From IMG/VR virus record IMGVR_UViG_3300024229_000651: a stretch of DNA of 64,000 nucleotides, one strand, 5' to 3'. The notes under the pieces were generated by a model. The model was not told the origin of the DNA. It worked only from the letters and a program-made list of their open reading frames with translations, and did no database searches. The DNA comes from a virus. Its lineage: Duplodnaviria; Caudoviricetes. Of the stretch, positions 9,449-18,633 are shown piece by piece. A program made the position numbers and the translations under genes. Numbering within the stretch: position 1 is the first letter of the stretch; each line of letters begins with the position of its first letter.

Positions 9449-9476
9449 ATTATACTGGTTTTTGGGGAGAAGTCAA
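9449..9476 (-). promoter_or_regulatory. sigma70 early promoter
   Basis: TTGACT-16-TATAAT. Confidence 0.75.
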
Positions 9477-9548
9477 GTTTTGGAAACGCTGTAAGTCGTT
9501 GATTTTGTTAGGTTTTTAAAATAATTTCCAGAAATTCCGGCATGTTTT

Positions 9549-9598
9549 TAAGTGCTTGATTACACTAGAGTTTTTTCTGTATGTAAATCAAGCACTTA
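9549..9598. repeat. 13-bp inverted repeat TAAGTGCTTGATT / AATCAAGCACTTA
   Basis: Arms 9549-9561 and 9586-9598, 24-nt spacer; motif recurs at 19671 and partly at 25285. Confidence 0.75.
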
Positions 9599-9599
9599 G

Positions 9600-11222
9600 T
9601 TAAAATAGGCAAATATCTGGGTGAGTTTGGATGCTAAACGCTGGAGATTGGGTACGTATTATATTGTGATTCAATTCGTGTAACTGACTCATCAGCCATC
9701 GGGTACGTTGGATTGTATTGGTGTTGTTGGTGGGAGGAGGTTGTTCCTCCTTTCCATCTAAGCAAAAGCAACCACCATCAGTGCCCAGCTGTACTGACTG
9801 CCCCGTTTCAGGAATTATGCACGTTGAATTAGGATCAGAGAATCTACCTGTAGATAAGTCTGCATAACTCATGATAGTTCCGTACCCACCGTACGTACCA
9901 GCATAGTTCGGATTGTCTGATTGTAAGTCAAACCCGGGAAGATTATATCCATAGGAGTGTTCGAACAGCCCGGGCGTATCAGTGTCATTCCATTCGTGTG
10001 CCGCACCAAGTAAGTGTCCTACTTCGTGTGCAAATGTTTCGTTCGCACGTTGATAGTAACGTGTACTCGCAGTTGATTTAAATTGACTGTTATGGTAGCA
10101 CTGTGTGATCCCCCGTGTTTTATCCAAGCCCCGACTAGCATCTAAACTGGCTACCCCACATGCAATAGCATCGCTGGGTTTTGCTTTAAACAAGAATGCC
10201 ATATCTGCATTGGCATCACGTTGCCAGTTATCTAATCCTTGAAACTCGTAACGTCCATTAAAGAATGCCGCATACTGCCTATACAAATCGCCTGGCTGTA
10301 CGTCAACAATTTTGATGTCAGCTACACGTAACAAAGTGTACACACCTGATATCATGTATATATGGTTAGCGTCAAAAAATTGTTTGTCCACAAACTCTTC
10401 TATGGTCATCCCGTCGAGTTGCTCATCGCTGATGTTGGAATCAAAAACTACTAGCATATCAATAACAGCTCTGCCTGCATCGGCTGTGACAGGCTGGTAA
10501 GGGAAGTTTACATCCGACTTTTGCAGTATACCATCGCATGTCATGTAGTTGTATCTGGTGTCAATTCCTGCAGAGAAATCTGTTGGGCATTCGTCTGGCT
10601 TCGCCATTTGTATAAAGCATGATTGATCAATGTGTACAACTCGATCAGTATAAGTTCCGCCCTCACCGTCAGCAAAGTCCTGTAACCTATCCTCAGACAA
10701 TAAGTGATTTATACTGTCCTTGTGCTGGTCAAATTCTTCCTGTGTAACAGTATTTGCGCAGTACGATTCTCCTATAGGAGTTCCTTCTTCTGGCTCTTCG
10801 CTGGCTCCGCAATCTGTAGATTCTGATTCTACAATCTCTGTGTACACACCTCCAATGCCGTTAGCGAAGTCCTGTACTTTATCATGCTGTCTTAGTTGCG
10901 TAAGAATAGCAAGGAGAGTGTTAAACACTGTTTGTGTTTTGTTTGCGCAGTATGCACTGCCAATTGGAGTGCCGTATTGGGGAGGATCTTCGTAGCCGCA
11001 TGCCTCTGAATTCTCAGTCTGCGTTTCCGTTGATCCGCCTAGCCCATCGGCAATTACTTCTATAAGAGTTGTATCGGAACAGCGTTGTTCGAGTACTGTG
11101 CCTTGTGAGGGGTTATTGGGAGTTGTTGCTACTACTGTGGGAGGCGTAGCTTCTTCAGTAGAACTTGAGCCTCCACAGCTAGATAGAATCAGAATGGTTG
11201 AGATTAAAATTGCGTGTTTCAT
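9600..11222 (-). CDS. Lipoprotein with C-terminal metzincin (reprolysin/M12-like) zinc metalloprotease
   Basis: Signal peptide with lipobox LSSC; HEVGHLLGAAH (HExxHxxGxxH); TIMSY Met-turn; repeated Cys-containing N-terminal modules. Confidence 0.8.
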   Translation of the reverse strand: MKHAILISTILILSSCGGSSSTEEATPPTVVATTPNNPSQGTVLEQRCSDTTLIEVIADGLGGSTETQTENSEACGYEDPPQYGTPIGSAYCANKTQTVFNTLLAILTQLRQHDKVQDFANGIGGVYTEIVESESTDCGASEEPEEGTPIGESYCANTVTQEEFDQHKDSINHLLSEDRLQDFADGEGGTYTDRVVHIDQSCFIQMAKPDECPTDFSAGIDTRYNYMTCDGILQKSDVNFPYQPVTADAGRAVIDMLVVFDSNISDEQLDGMTIEEFVDKQFFDANHIYMISGVYTLLRVADIKIVDVQPGDLYRQYAAFFNGRYEFQGLDNWQRDANADMAFLFKAKPSDAIACGVASLDASRGLDKTRGITQCYHNSQFKSTASTRYYQRANETFAHEVGHLLGAAHEWNDTDTPGLFEHSYGYNLPGFDLQSDNPNYAGTYGGYGTIMSYADLSTGRFSDPNSTCIIPETGQSVQLGTDGGCFCLDGKEEQPPPTNNTNTIQRTRWLMSQLHELNHNIIRTQSPAFSIQTHPDICLF

Positions 11223-11300
11223 TATGGCTCCTTGTGTACATCATAATCACAATGAGTGCATAATACCGCCTTGAGTCCACTCTATTAGTTTACTGTTTTG

Positions 11301-11957
11301 CTATTTTTTCTTTCTAGATCTTGCTACATGTTTAAGCATGTTTCTACTTGCAACGTCAAATGTTGTTAACATCTCTTCATCAGAAGAAAACGTGCAATTA
11401 ATAACTTGCTCTGCTATGTTATAGTCCTTATTTTCCATCAAATCAATTAGTGCAAACGCAGCTGCTTCTTCACCAATAAGATCTTCAGTTTGGTTGATTG
11501 TTTTGTTAGTGTTTGTAATTAACGGTGTAGCAACAAAGCCGAAGCTAATACAATGTATACGACATTTGTTAGCCCACGGATAGTTGAAGCTGTTTCTAAT
11601 GCAAAACTCTGACAACGCTCGCTTATCATTAACATAGTCACTGTCGTCATTAAGCAGTATACCTTTCAAGTATCCGCTAATTGATCCTGTGTTTATTATA
11701 ATCTTATCGCGATCGGACCATTTTTCATACAGTGTTTCTAGAATCTTGTTTTGTATTCCAGGATAGTATGCATTGTTAAAAACAACATCGGGATCGTAGT
11801 CGAGGATAGTGTCAATGATTGATTCACCATTATCGTCTGCAATATTGAACCCGTTGCTTTTAGAAAACCCACGAACTTCATGCTTACTAGTAAGCGATAG
11901 TACAGTGTCTAATGATAGACCAATTCCGCTACTATTACCAGTGATCGCTATTTTCAT
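11301..11957 (-). CDS. Short-chain dehydrogenase/reductase
   Basis: ITGNSSGIG, FNNA, YVNDK (YxxxK). Confidence 0.8.
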   Translation of the reverse strand: MKIAITGNSSGIGLSLDTVLSLTSKHEVRGFSKSNGFNIADDNGESIIDTILDYDPDVVFNNAYYPGIQNKILETLYEKWSDRDKIIINTGSISGYLKGILLNDDSDYVNDKRALSEFCIRNSFNYPWANKCRIHCISFGFVATPLITNTNKTINQTEDLIGEEAAAFALIDLMENKDYNIAEQVINCTFSSDEEMLTTFDVASRNMLKHVARSRKKK

Positions 11958-11966
11958 TATGAACCT

Positions 11967-12293
11967 TTAGTCGAAAAACTTATCCAACATAGAGCCAACT
12001 TTGCTGTCGACAGCTCGTTCTATTTTCCGAACGTCGACAACAATGCTGACTTTACTAACGTTGGAGAACGCTTTTATCATTGTTTGCCATGTTTTGTTGG
12101 GTGACGTGGGAAGCGGTTCATTGAGCTCTTTATGATTCATAATAGCCTGTTGACCGTCTTTGAATTCCAACACTACTTTGTCGATTATATCAAGAGGTAT
12201 CTCACTAGGAAAAATTTCCTTGAGTAACTCCTCAAAATCTCCATTGTTACTGTTCTTTGCTACCAAAAGTATTCTTACATCATTAGATGCCAC
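11967..12293 (-). CDS. Hypothetical protein
   Basis: 108 aa ORF, AGGAG SD. Confidence 0.7.
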   Translation of the reverse strand: MASNDVRILLVAKNSNNGDFEELLKEIFPSEIPLDIIDKVVLEFKDGQQAIMNHKELNEPLPTSPNKTWQTMIKAFSNVSKVSIVVDVRKIERAVDSKVGSMLDKFFD

Positions 12294-12332
12294 GTCATCT
12301 CCTACAAATTTTGTGATATACTATTACTTATA

Positions 12333-12953
12333 TCAGATATTATCAATGGTAGCTTTTTGGGGCCTACCTGGCCCTTTCTTGGGTCTTAGACCTGGATCCA
12401 TTTCGTATGCTTCATTACGCTTACGTTCTGCATCCTCAACCAAAGACTTAGCATCTTGCTCAAGTAACGATGCTTGTGTAAGCAAGTTCTTAGCAATATC
12501 GCTAGGCTCTGATGATGTATTAGCCGTAGTACCCTCAATCTGTGCTGTAGTAACTCGGGTCTCAGGAGAATCAGTTTTCAGCGGAGGATTTGTTCCCTCT
12601 GCGATCTTTTTGATTTCCTTATTAATATCACCCAATGGTACAGATTGATTTGGAGCAGGAGTTAACTGCACCATACTGACCGGAACTTTTTGCAACTTGC
12701 CACGTGCATGTAATGCAGACAACATGTTTTCGCCGTCGGACAACATTCTGCGATGTAGTACTTCGCTGATGTCTTGCGCACTTTGTGCTTCATGACTATC
12801 AACTACGTTCATAACGTCATCGTGCAATTGACCTTCTAGTGTATTACTAGGTACAATCAATGCCGAGTCGTTGTCGTCTGGCAATTCTCTAAACACTATG
12901 ACACAAGGCTTACCGCCATATGTGCCTACGTGTTTCATGATTTTAGTAGACAT
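12333..12953 (-). CDS. Hypothetical protein
   Basis: 206 aa ORF in operon context. Confidence 0.75.
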   Translation of the reverse strand: MSTKIMKHVGTYGGKPCVIVFRELPDDNDSALIVPSNTLEGQLHDDVMNVVDSHEAQSAQDISEVLHRRMLSDGENMLSALHARGKLQKVPVSMVQLTPAPNQSVPLGDINKEIKKIAEGTNPPLKTDSPETRVTTAQIEGTTANTSSEPSDIAKNLLTQASLLEQDAKSLVEDAERKRNEAYEMDPGLRPKKGPGRPQKATIDNI

Positions 12954-12955
12954 AT

Positions 12956-13243
12956 TTACTCACCTTCGGATGCTTCTGCACCCTCTTCTGTTTCAGCAGA
13001 CTCTGCTTCAGCCGCCGCTTGTTGTTGTGACTGTACATATGATAGGAATGCTACCAATTTGTTATAAAGTGCTCCAACAACTTCTAGTTCACCTGCTCGG
13101 TATGCACCACGCTGGCTTCCCAAGTCAATTACTTGTGCCAATTGATCCAATTCACGCAGGGTTAAATTCTCTGGTGCAACTTGCTCTGCTGCATCGTTGT
13201 TTACAATCTCAGTTTCACCTGAGGTAGTAGCTTCTTCGCTCAT
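12956..13243 (-). CDS. Small acidic hypothetical protein
   Basis: 95 aa, GGAG SD. Confidence 0.7.
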   Translation of the reverse strand: MSEEATTSGETEIVNNDAAEQVAPENLTLRELDQLAQVIDLGSQRGAYRAGELEVVGALYNKLVAFLSYVQSQQQAAAEAESAETEEGAEASEGE

Positions 13244-13298
13244 TTTTTAATTCTCCGTTAGTTAGTGTGTTTTTAACACAGTTTTATTTATATAGTGG

Positions 13299-14033
13299 TT
13301 ATTTAAAGCTGATACTTTCTTGGTACTTTGCTTCGTTATCTAGCACTACAGCTGATACAAAACCGCCCTTGCCACCACCAGTATCGGTAAAAATGGCTGT
13401 GCCGCCTTGCACATTCTTGTTAACACTTACCTTTGTTATGTTCTTATCAAAGGTAGGTATTGTTTCAAATGGGCTTCGATCGTGCCCTACAACAACTGTC
13501 TTGTCTTCGGGTATTCCTAAAGTCCAATCATATAATCTGCTGGGATACTCTTGCCCTCGCAACATTATTTTTTTAGTTCTGTCTGGATTTATTTCTCCAT
13601 ATAAGAACCCACGCTGAGTTTTTTTAGTATCTTTCTCACCTTCCCAAAACTCAGGTAGTACTGCCCCGTGAGTCAAAACAGTGTTGCTTATTTCAACGTA
13701 AGGCACCATGTTAGCATACAAACTAAAGAATGCATCCTTGACTACTGGATCTTCTAATGCGCTGATAGTTGTATCCATAGCCGGCGGGTACAGTTTAACA
13801 TCGTTGCCCTGGGCCCACCGGTAAATTTTGTTGTCATGGTTACCTTCAACAAATAAAGCCTTGCCTGTTTCTGCTAGGTACGAAGCAAACAATATAGTAT
13901 TAGCTGGATCAGGGCCATAATCCACAATGTCACCAAGGAAGATTGGCGTTGCCCGTAGCTCAACACTCTTGTTATATGCCGCTAACAAGGACCTATAATC
14001 GTTATGTACGTCACTGATCGCTAAATAAGTCAT
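13299..14033 (-). CDS. Calcineurin-like metallophosphoesterase (PrpE/Pnkp phosphatase-domain-like)
   Basis: SDVH, GDIVDYG, GNHD, THG, VVGHD, DTG motifs. Confidence 0.8.
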   Translation of the reverse strand: MTYLAISDVHNDYRSLLAAYNKSVELRATPIFLGDIVDYGPDPANTILFASYLAETGKALFVEGNHDNKIYRWAQGNDVKLYPPAMDTTISALEDPVVKDAFFSLYANMVPYVEISNTVLTHGAVLPEFWEGEKDTKKTQRGFLYGEINPDRTKKIMLRGQEYPSRLYDWTLGIPEDKTVVVGHDRSPFETIPTFDKNITKVSVNKNVQGGTAIFTDTGGGKGGFVSAVVLDNEAKYQESISFK

Positions 14034-14059
14034 AGTGTTTCTGCACTGTTTAATAGTAT

Positions 14060-14088
14060 ATTATACTGAAAACCACAAGTAAAGTCAA
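14060..14088 (-). promoter_or_regulatory. Consensus sigma70 promoter
   Basis: TTGACT-17-TATAAT. Confidence 0.75.
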
Positions 14089-14091
14089 GAA

Positions 14092-15156
14092 TTAATATGA
14101 TTCTAGGGTGCCTTCTCGCACTAAATCACAGCTCACACAGTGAGGTCCGCCAGCTAATGTACGCATATGACGCATTCTAACGGGCACTGCGTTGACTCCG
14201 TGTTTCTCTATTTCACGTATCAAACCCACTTCTTCTTGGGGCACTATGACGCTGTCAGGGCTTATACTGAGCACATTCATGCCTATCCATTCACTTGCAG
14301 GAGCATAGTCTTCCAAGCAGGGCTGTCCCACGCACATTTCTTCAGTGTACCAGATTTTATCCCAGTCCTTAAAGATAGATGGGATCTTGTCCTTATCGAC
14401 TCTACTAGCATTAAGTATTACCAGACCAGGACGCAAAGGCATAATAGTGCTATCAACGTGAGCCCAACTGTATAAGTCGTGCATTTCGTGAACCCTAAAC
14501 TGTGGGCCGAGCGTGTTACGAAGCCATTGAGCTCCTTTAGCATTTCCTGTATTAGATATAAGATAAAGGATGTCATAGCCGCACCTAATTAAGTTTGCTG
14601 GATCGAGTATAGGCTCATTGTTGTTTACACTTGGGTCTCTGCCTGGTTGCAGTTTAAACAAATTATCTTGCAACATAGGTTTAGGCATAGGTAACCAACG
14701 AGCACCCTGCATCATCTTGTCCTGAAATAACTGATTGAACAAGAACGTTTCGTGATAGCGAGCCCTAAGACTCATAGCACCCTCGATAATTGCGTCACCT
14801 ATTACTGTGACACTATCCCTGGGGCAGTATGCTTCATATTGATCAGACTGCCATAATCCATTGGAAACGTTACTAGCGAAGTCTACGGCAGTCATGTCGG
14901 GTCTGTGAACTTTAACACCTTCCCCTTCTAACACATCTATCATGCCTGCTAAGTCTTCTTCAGCTTCTTCGTATACGTGAGCAGGATATCTGCCCTTGGG
15001 TACGTTAGCATACTCTTCTGGAGTAAGATTTGCATAATTAGTAGCATGGTGGCTTAGATCACCGTGAGGTATATTTGCACCAGTTGCTGTACCAATTATA
15101 ATTTCTTTTAACGGATCCCATTCATTGGGAGACCATATAGGTTTAGTTTGATTCAT
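14092..15156 (-). CDS. L-arginine-dependent amidinotransferase (AGAT/StrB1-like)
   Basis: NEWDPLKEIIIG, CPRD, HVDST, GGPHCVS; Asp/His/Cys triad intact; ATG 15156. Confidence 0.88.
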   Translation of the reverse strand: MNQTKPIWSPNEWDPLKEIIIGTATGANIPHGDLSHHATNYANLTPEEYANVPKGRYPAHVYEEAEEDLAGMIDVLEGEGVKVHRPDMTAVDFASNVSNGLWQSDQYEAYCPRDSVTVIGDAIIEGAMSLRARYHETFLFNQLFQDKMMQGARWLPMPKPMLQDNLFKLQPGRDPSVNNNEPILDPANLIRCGYDILYLISNTGNAKGAQWLRNTLGPQFRVHEMHDLYSWAHVDSTIMPLRPGLVILNASRVDKDKIPSIFKDWDKIWYTEEMCVGQPCLEDYAPASEWIGMNVLSISPDSVIVPQEEVGLIREIEKHGVNAVPVRMRHMRTLAGGPHCVSCDLVREGTLESY

Positions 15157-15436
15157 GTACAATATTTATAGAATGGATTGGTGGTTGGCTTACAGTATCT
15201 GAACCGTTTGAGTACTGATTTGCTAAGTGTGCATCCTCTAGGCTTTCGAAGTATAAAATATATCCTTCACCGTGCACAATGCAACACCACTGACAAATAG
15301 CAGATTGTTCTAAGTGTCGAACCACATCGGGATCATCTGTATAAAATTTGTTAGAAAGCATACTTGCTAATTTCTCTGTGCCTTTTAACAATACAATTTC
15401 ATCTTCGGTTAGTCTGTTAAATCTTCTAAATGTCAT
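15143..15436 (-). CDS. Hypothetical protein
   Basis: 97 aa, overlaps both neighbours. Confidence 0.65.
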   Translation of the reverse strand: MTFRRFNRLTEDEIVLLKGTEKLASMLSNKFYTDDPDVVRHLEQSAICQWCCIVHGEGYILYFESLEDAHLANQYSNGSDTVSQPPIHSINIVHESN

Positions 15437-16014
15437 CGTTTTACTAATACCTGTCTTTCGCTAAGTTGTTCAAGGGTTAGATTATTTGAGGATACAAATT
15501 CATTTACAGCCTGCATAACTTCAGGCCATGCATCATCGCAATCATCAAATACTATGATCCCATCCTTCTTTAAATACTTGAGTGCAAACTTTGCATCGTT
15601 AAGCACACTCAGGTATCTGTGAGTTCCGTCGATGTATACCATGTCGTACATAATCTGCAGATGTTTCATTACTGCAATGCCGTACTGGTTATAGTATCTT
15701 ATCTTGGGGAACGATTTTAATCGATTGTCAGCATATTCATCTATGCCTTGCTTGGGGTCTATACCTGCTGTATGTATAAAACTCTCAGGATGCTTACATA
15801 TATGGGTGTTCATCCACTCTGCACTAGATCCTATGCCTGTCCCTATCTCCATGATAATAACAGGCTGTGTAGTATCCAAATGTGCGCCTATGATCTTTTC
15901 CTTCCATACTTCCGCATGGGAGGAGTCGCCGAAGTACTCATATTGCTTCAGCAACTCCTCCAAAGACAACTGGGTGTCTTGTGAAAATATCAAATCATCT
16001 GGCTTAAATTCCAC
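15433..16014 (-). CDS. Class I SAM-dependent methyltransferase (Methyltransf_24-like)
   Basis: MEIGTGIGSS motif I; VYIDGTH; LKKDGIIVFDD. Confidence 0.8.
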   Translation of the reverse strand: MEFKPDDLIFSQDTQLSLEELLKQYEYFGDSSHAEVWKEKIIGAHLDTTQPVIIMEIGTGIGSSAEWMNTHICKHPESFIHTAGIDPKQGIDEYADNRLKSFPKIRYYNQYGIAVMKHLQIMYDMVYIDGTHRYLSVLNDAKFALKYLKKDGIIVFDDCDDAWPEVMQAVNEFVSSNNLTLEQLSERQVLVKR

Positions 16015-17349
16015 TTACGCAGCATCTCTCTCGTAAGGAACAGTTATACCGAAAGGTGCTTCTGGTACTTTGTTACCAAAGCCACCTCCGTGTACAATAA
16101 ACAGCGTATCACAGTAGCTCTCATCTCCCCAACTGTTCCAAGGGTAACCGTCTGTGAACATGATAAACTTCTTGGGTTGAATACCTTGCTCTTTCATGTA
16201 ATCGAAACAGCAATCAAAGTCAGTGCCACCGCCTCCAGCTGTTTCGTAATCCATAAACTCTTCCATGTTGTGCTCAGTGAACACTTGCGGATTGTGTACT
16301 TCTGTGTCAAAGCAGAACAAGTGAATTTTAAAGTCACTGTATTGATCCATACAGCCCTTAACCTCACTGAGTATGTCTCTGCACATAGCATCAGTCATTG
16401 AACCTGACGTGTCAATACCAATAGCAACATCGATCGTTTGTTCACGATCCATTCCAGGTAACCAAATACCTTGGTCCATACCTTTTCTACTGGGACGGCT
16501 AAACGTGTAGTCACTTCTAATAATACTTTGAATTTGCTGTGGTAACAATTCTTTCCAGCTGAGTTGTGGATTAACAAGTGAATCGATCAGTCGCTTGATT
16601 CCTTTGGGAGTATTGGCAGCGCCAGAACTTTTTGCTGCTTGGATCGTTGCGTTCTTAAACTTCTCACGAATTTCACGCTTTTGATCAGCAGTGTATTTTT
16701 CTGGGCCTTGCCCTTCTTTACCTTCAGCATCTTTGTTACCATTGCTCGGAGCACCAGCGCCTTCGTCATCAGATGAGTCGTCCATGTCCAAGTGAACATC
16801 TAATGTAGACATGTCAATGACTCTGCCTTCCTCCTCCGCTTGTTTGAACAAGTCGTCATACACCTCGTCTGAAGTATAGTCTCTATATTTCCAGTCAAAG
16901 CAGATGTCAACTAACTTAATTTTCTCACCAACCTTACCTTCTACTAGATCCATGTTAACCACATAGTCATTGGCAACATTCCATAGGATAGGGTTGCGGT
17001 CACCACGTCGACCCATATGGTCATAAACACAGTGCTCTACTTCATGACCCCATAAGAACACCAGTTCCTGATTGCTCAGTGCGGCAACAAAGTTGCGGTT
17101 GTAATAAAAGTATCTGCCATCAGTAGCGGCTGTGGGGCACCAGTCGGTAGCGTCTCTAATGTCTAACTGACATGCTAGATTACCGTAGAACGGAGTGTGC
17201 AGAAGCATACTGATTCTTGCTGTTATTAGTTTGTCTTCAATCTCCGCGGTAGTCAGCGTTGTTTCTGGAATGGCTTCTAACGCCTTGTGGGCAGTATCAT
17301 TGGGTGTCCCGGATATTTTGGGGGATTTAGCGTGTACTATATCGGCCAT
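16015..17349 (-). CDS. DUF2201-like putative metallopeptidase plus vWA domain
   Basis: TAATDG, HEVEH, IDTSGS, GGGGTDF, FTDG. Confidence 0.8.
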   Translation of the reverse strand: MADIVHAKSPKISGTPNDTAHKALEAIPETTLTTAEIEDKLITARISMLLHTPFYGNLACQLDIRDATDWCPTAATDGRYFYYNRNFVAALSNQELVFLWGHEVEHCVYDHMGRRGDRNPILWNVANDYVVNMDLVEGKVGEKIKLVDICFDWKYRDYTSDEVYDDLFKQAEEEGRVIDMSTLDVHLDMDDSSDDEGAGAPSNGNKDAEGKEGQGPEKYTADQKREIREKFKNATIQAAKSSGAANTPKGIKRLIDSLVNPQLSWKELLPQQIQSIIRSDYTFSRPSRKGMDQGIWLPGMDREQTIDVAIGIDTSGSMTDAMCRDILSEVKGCMDQYSDFKIHLFCFDTEVHNPQVFTEHNMEEFMDYETAGGGGTDFDCCFDYMKEQGIQPKKFIMFTDGYPWNSWGDESYCDTLFIVHGGGFGNKVPEAPFGITVPYERDAA

Positions 17350-17381
17350 TTCTCTGTCCTATTTGCTAATTTATACATACT

Positions 17382-17409
17382 ATTATACTGATTTTGAGTC
17401 AGAAGTCAA
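17382..17409 (-). promoter_or_regulatory. sigma70 promoter
   Basis: TTGACT-16-TATAAT. Confidence 0.7.
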
Positions 17410-17419
17410 GTTTTTTATG

Positions 17420-17443
17420 AAAAAAACCCCGCCGAAGCGGGGT
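17420..17443 (-). terminator. Intrinsic terminator
   Basis: CCCCGC-TTCG-GCGGGG followed by T7 on minus strand. Confidence 0.85.
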
Positions 17444-17504
17444 GAAAAATTGGATGCAGCTGTTGTAGGAGTAACATTGTAGGATACAGCAACCAATTTT
17501 ATTA

Positions 17505-18596
17505 CTACGCCGCCGGGAATAGGTATTTCCAGTAGCGATCTTTGAACTCCTTTTTACTTTGGAGTTTTCTCGGTTTTATATCAATATCGTGATCACTGAG
17601 CACTGTTTTTGCACTGTATATCACTAGCTCGGGCTGGAAGTTGTTGATGATAAAGTCGAAGAAGTAATCAACACCTTTATCAAATAACTTCTCATCAGTA
17701 GTCGATAACTCAGCAAGCTCGTAGCATAGTCCTACAGCGAACGAGTATTGTGCACTTCGCTCCTTGATTTCTAGCTTCTTGACCTTACCGTTGAGCACAT
17801 CTTCTGGGTTGGGCAGTTTGGACGCAATCTTTCGATGCTCAACAAACTTCATAGCCATGCCCTCCCCTACAGCAGATGCGATCTCTGCCTTCTGCTCAAA
17901 CTCGGGTGCAGAGTCAAAGCCATCAGTGTAAAGTATATCGCTAACACCGTTAACCCACGAACGAGGTGTAGCAAATGCCGTGCTGTTAGACTTAGGATCA
18001 AAGTCAAATAGATCTGCCTTAGCATAAGTCAAGTAACCAACTACATCAGGGTGAACACGGTTCTCAGATGCCCAAGAGCTCCAATCATCAAAGTTCACAG
18101 TCATGTATACGTGTCGAAACCTGTTAGCCAACGGTGCTGGCATTCTGTATGTAACACCACGATCCGTCTCACGGTTACCAGCCGCTACAATTCTTACATT
18201 GTTTGGCATCACATACTGACCAATGCGCCCGTTCAGTATCAACTGATACGCCGCAGCCTGTACACTTGGCGGAGCACTGTTAAGCTCGTCTAGGAACAAC
18301 ACAATTGTGTCGTATTGATCAGCCGTTTCTTGGCTAGGAAGATCAGCTGGGGGAGCCCATTCCATTTGGTTTGTTTCCGGGTTACGGAAAGGATAGCCAC
18401 GAAGATCGGTTGGCTCCATAAGTGCCAATCGCATGTCTATCATTAGGTTATTACCGGGCATGTCATTAACAATGCTCTGCACTAGATCTGACTTACCAAT
18501 ACCAGGAGCACCCCATACAAAGATAGGACGCTTGCCTGTTAATGCCCGACCTACAATATTGCGGGTCTCTGTGGGGCGAATTTGTAAAGTTTCCAT
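17505..18596 (-). CDS. MoxR/dynein-related AAA+ ATPase
   Basis: GAPGIGKS Walker A, LFLDE Walker B, AAGN, LANRF; upstream of vWA gene. Confidence 0.88.
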   Translation of the reverse strand: METLQIRPTETRNIVGRALTGKRPIFVWGAPGIGKSDLVQSIVNDMPGNNLMIDMRLALMEPTDLRGYPFRNPETNQMEWAPPADLPSQETADQYDTIVLFLDELNSAPPSVQAAAYQLILNGRIGQYVMPNNVRIVAAGNRETDRGVTYRMPAPLANRFRHVYMTVNFDDWSSWASENRVHPDVVGYLTYAKADLFDFDPKSNSTAFATPRSWVNGVSDILYTDGFDSAPEFEQKAEIASAVGEGMAMKFVEHRKIASKLPNPEDVLNGKVKKLEIKERSAQYSFAVGLCYELAELSTTDEKLFDKGVDYFFDFIINNFQPELVIYSAKTVLSDHDIDIKPRKLQSKKEFKDRYWKYLFPAA

Positions 18597-18633
18597 ACGT
18601 TTCTCCTACGTGTTTTTGTAACCTACAAGTACT

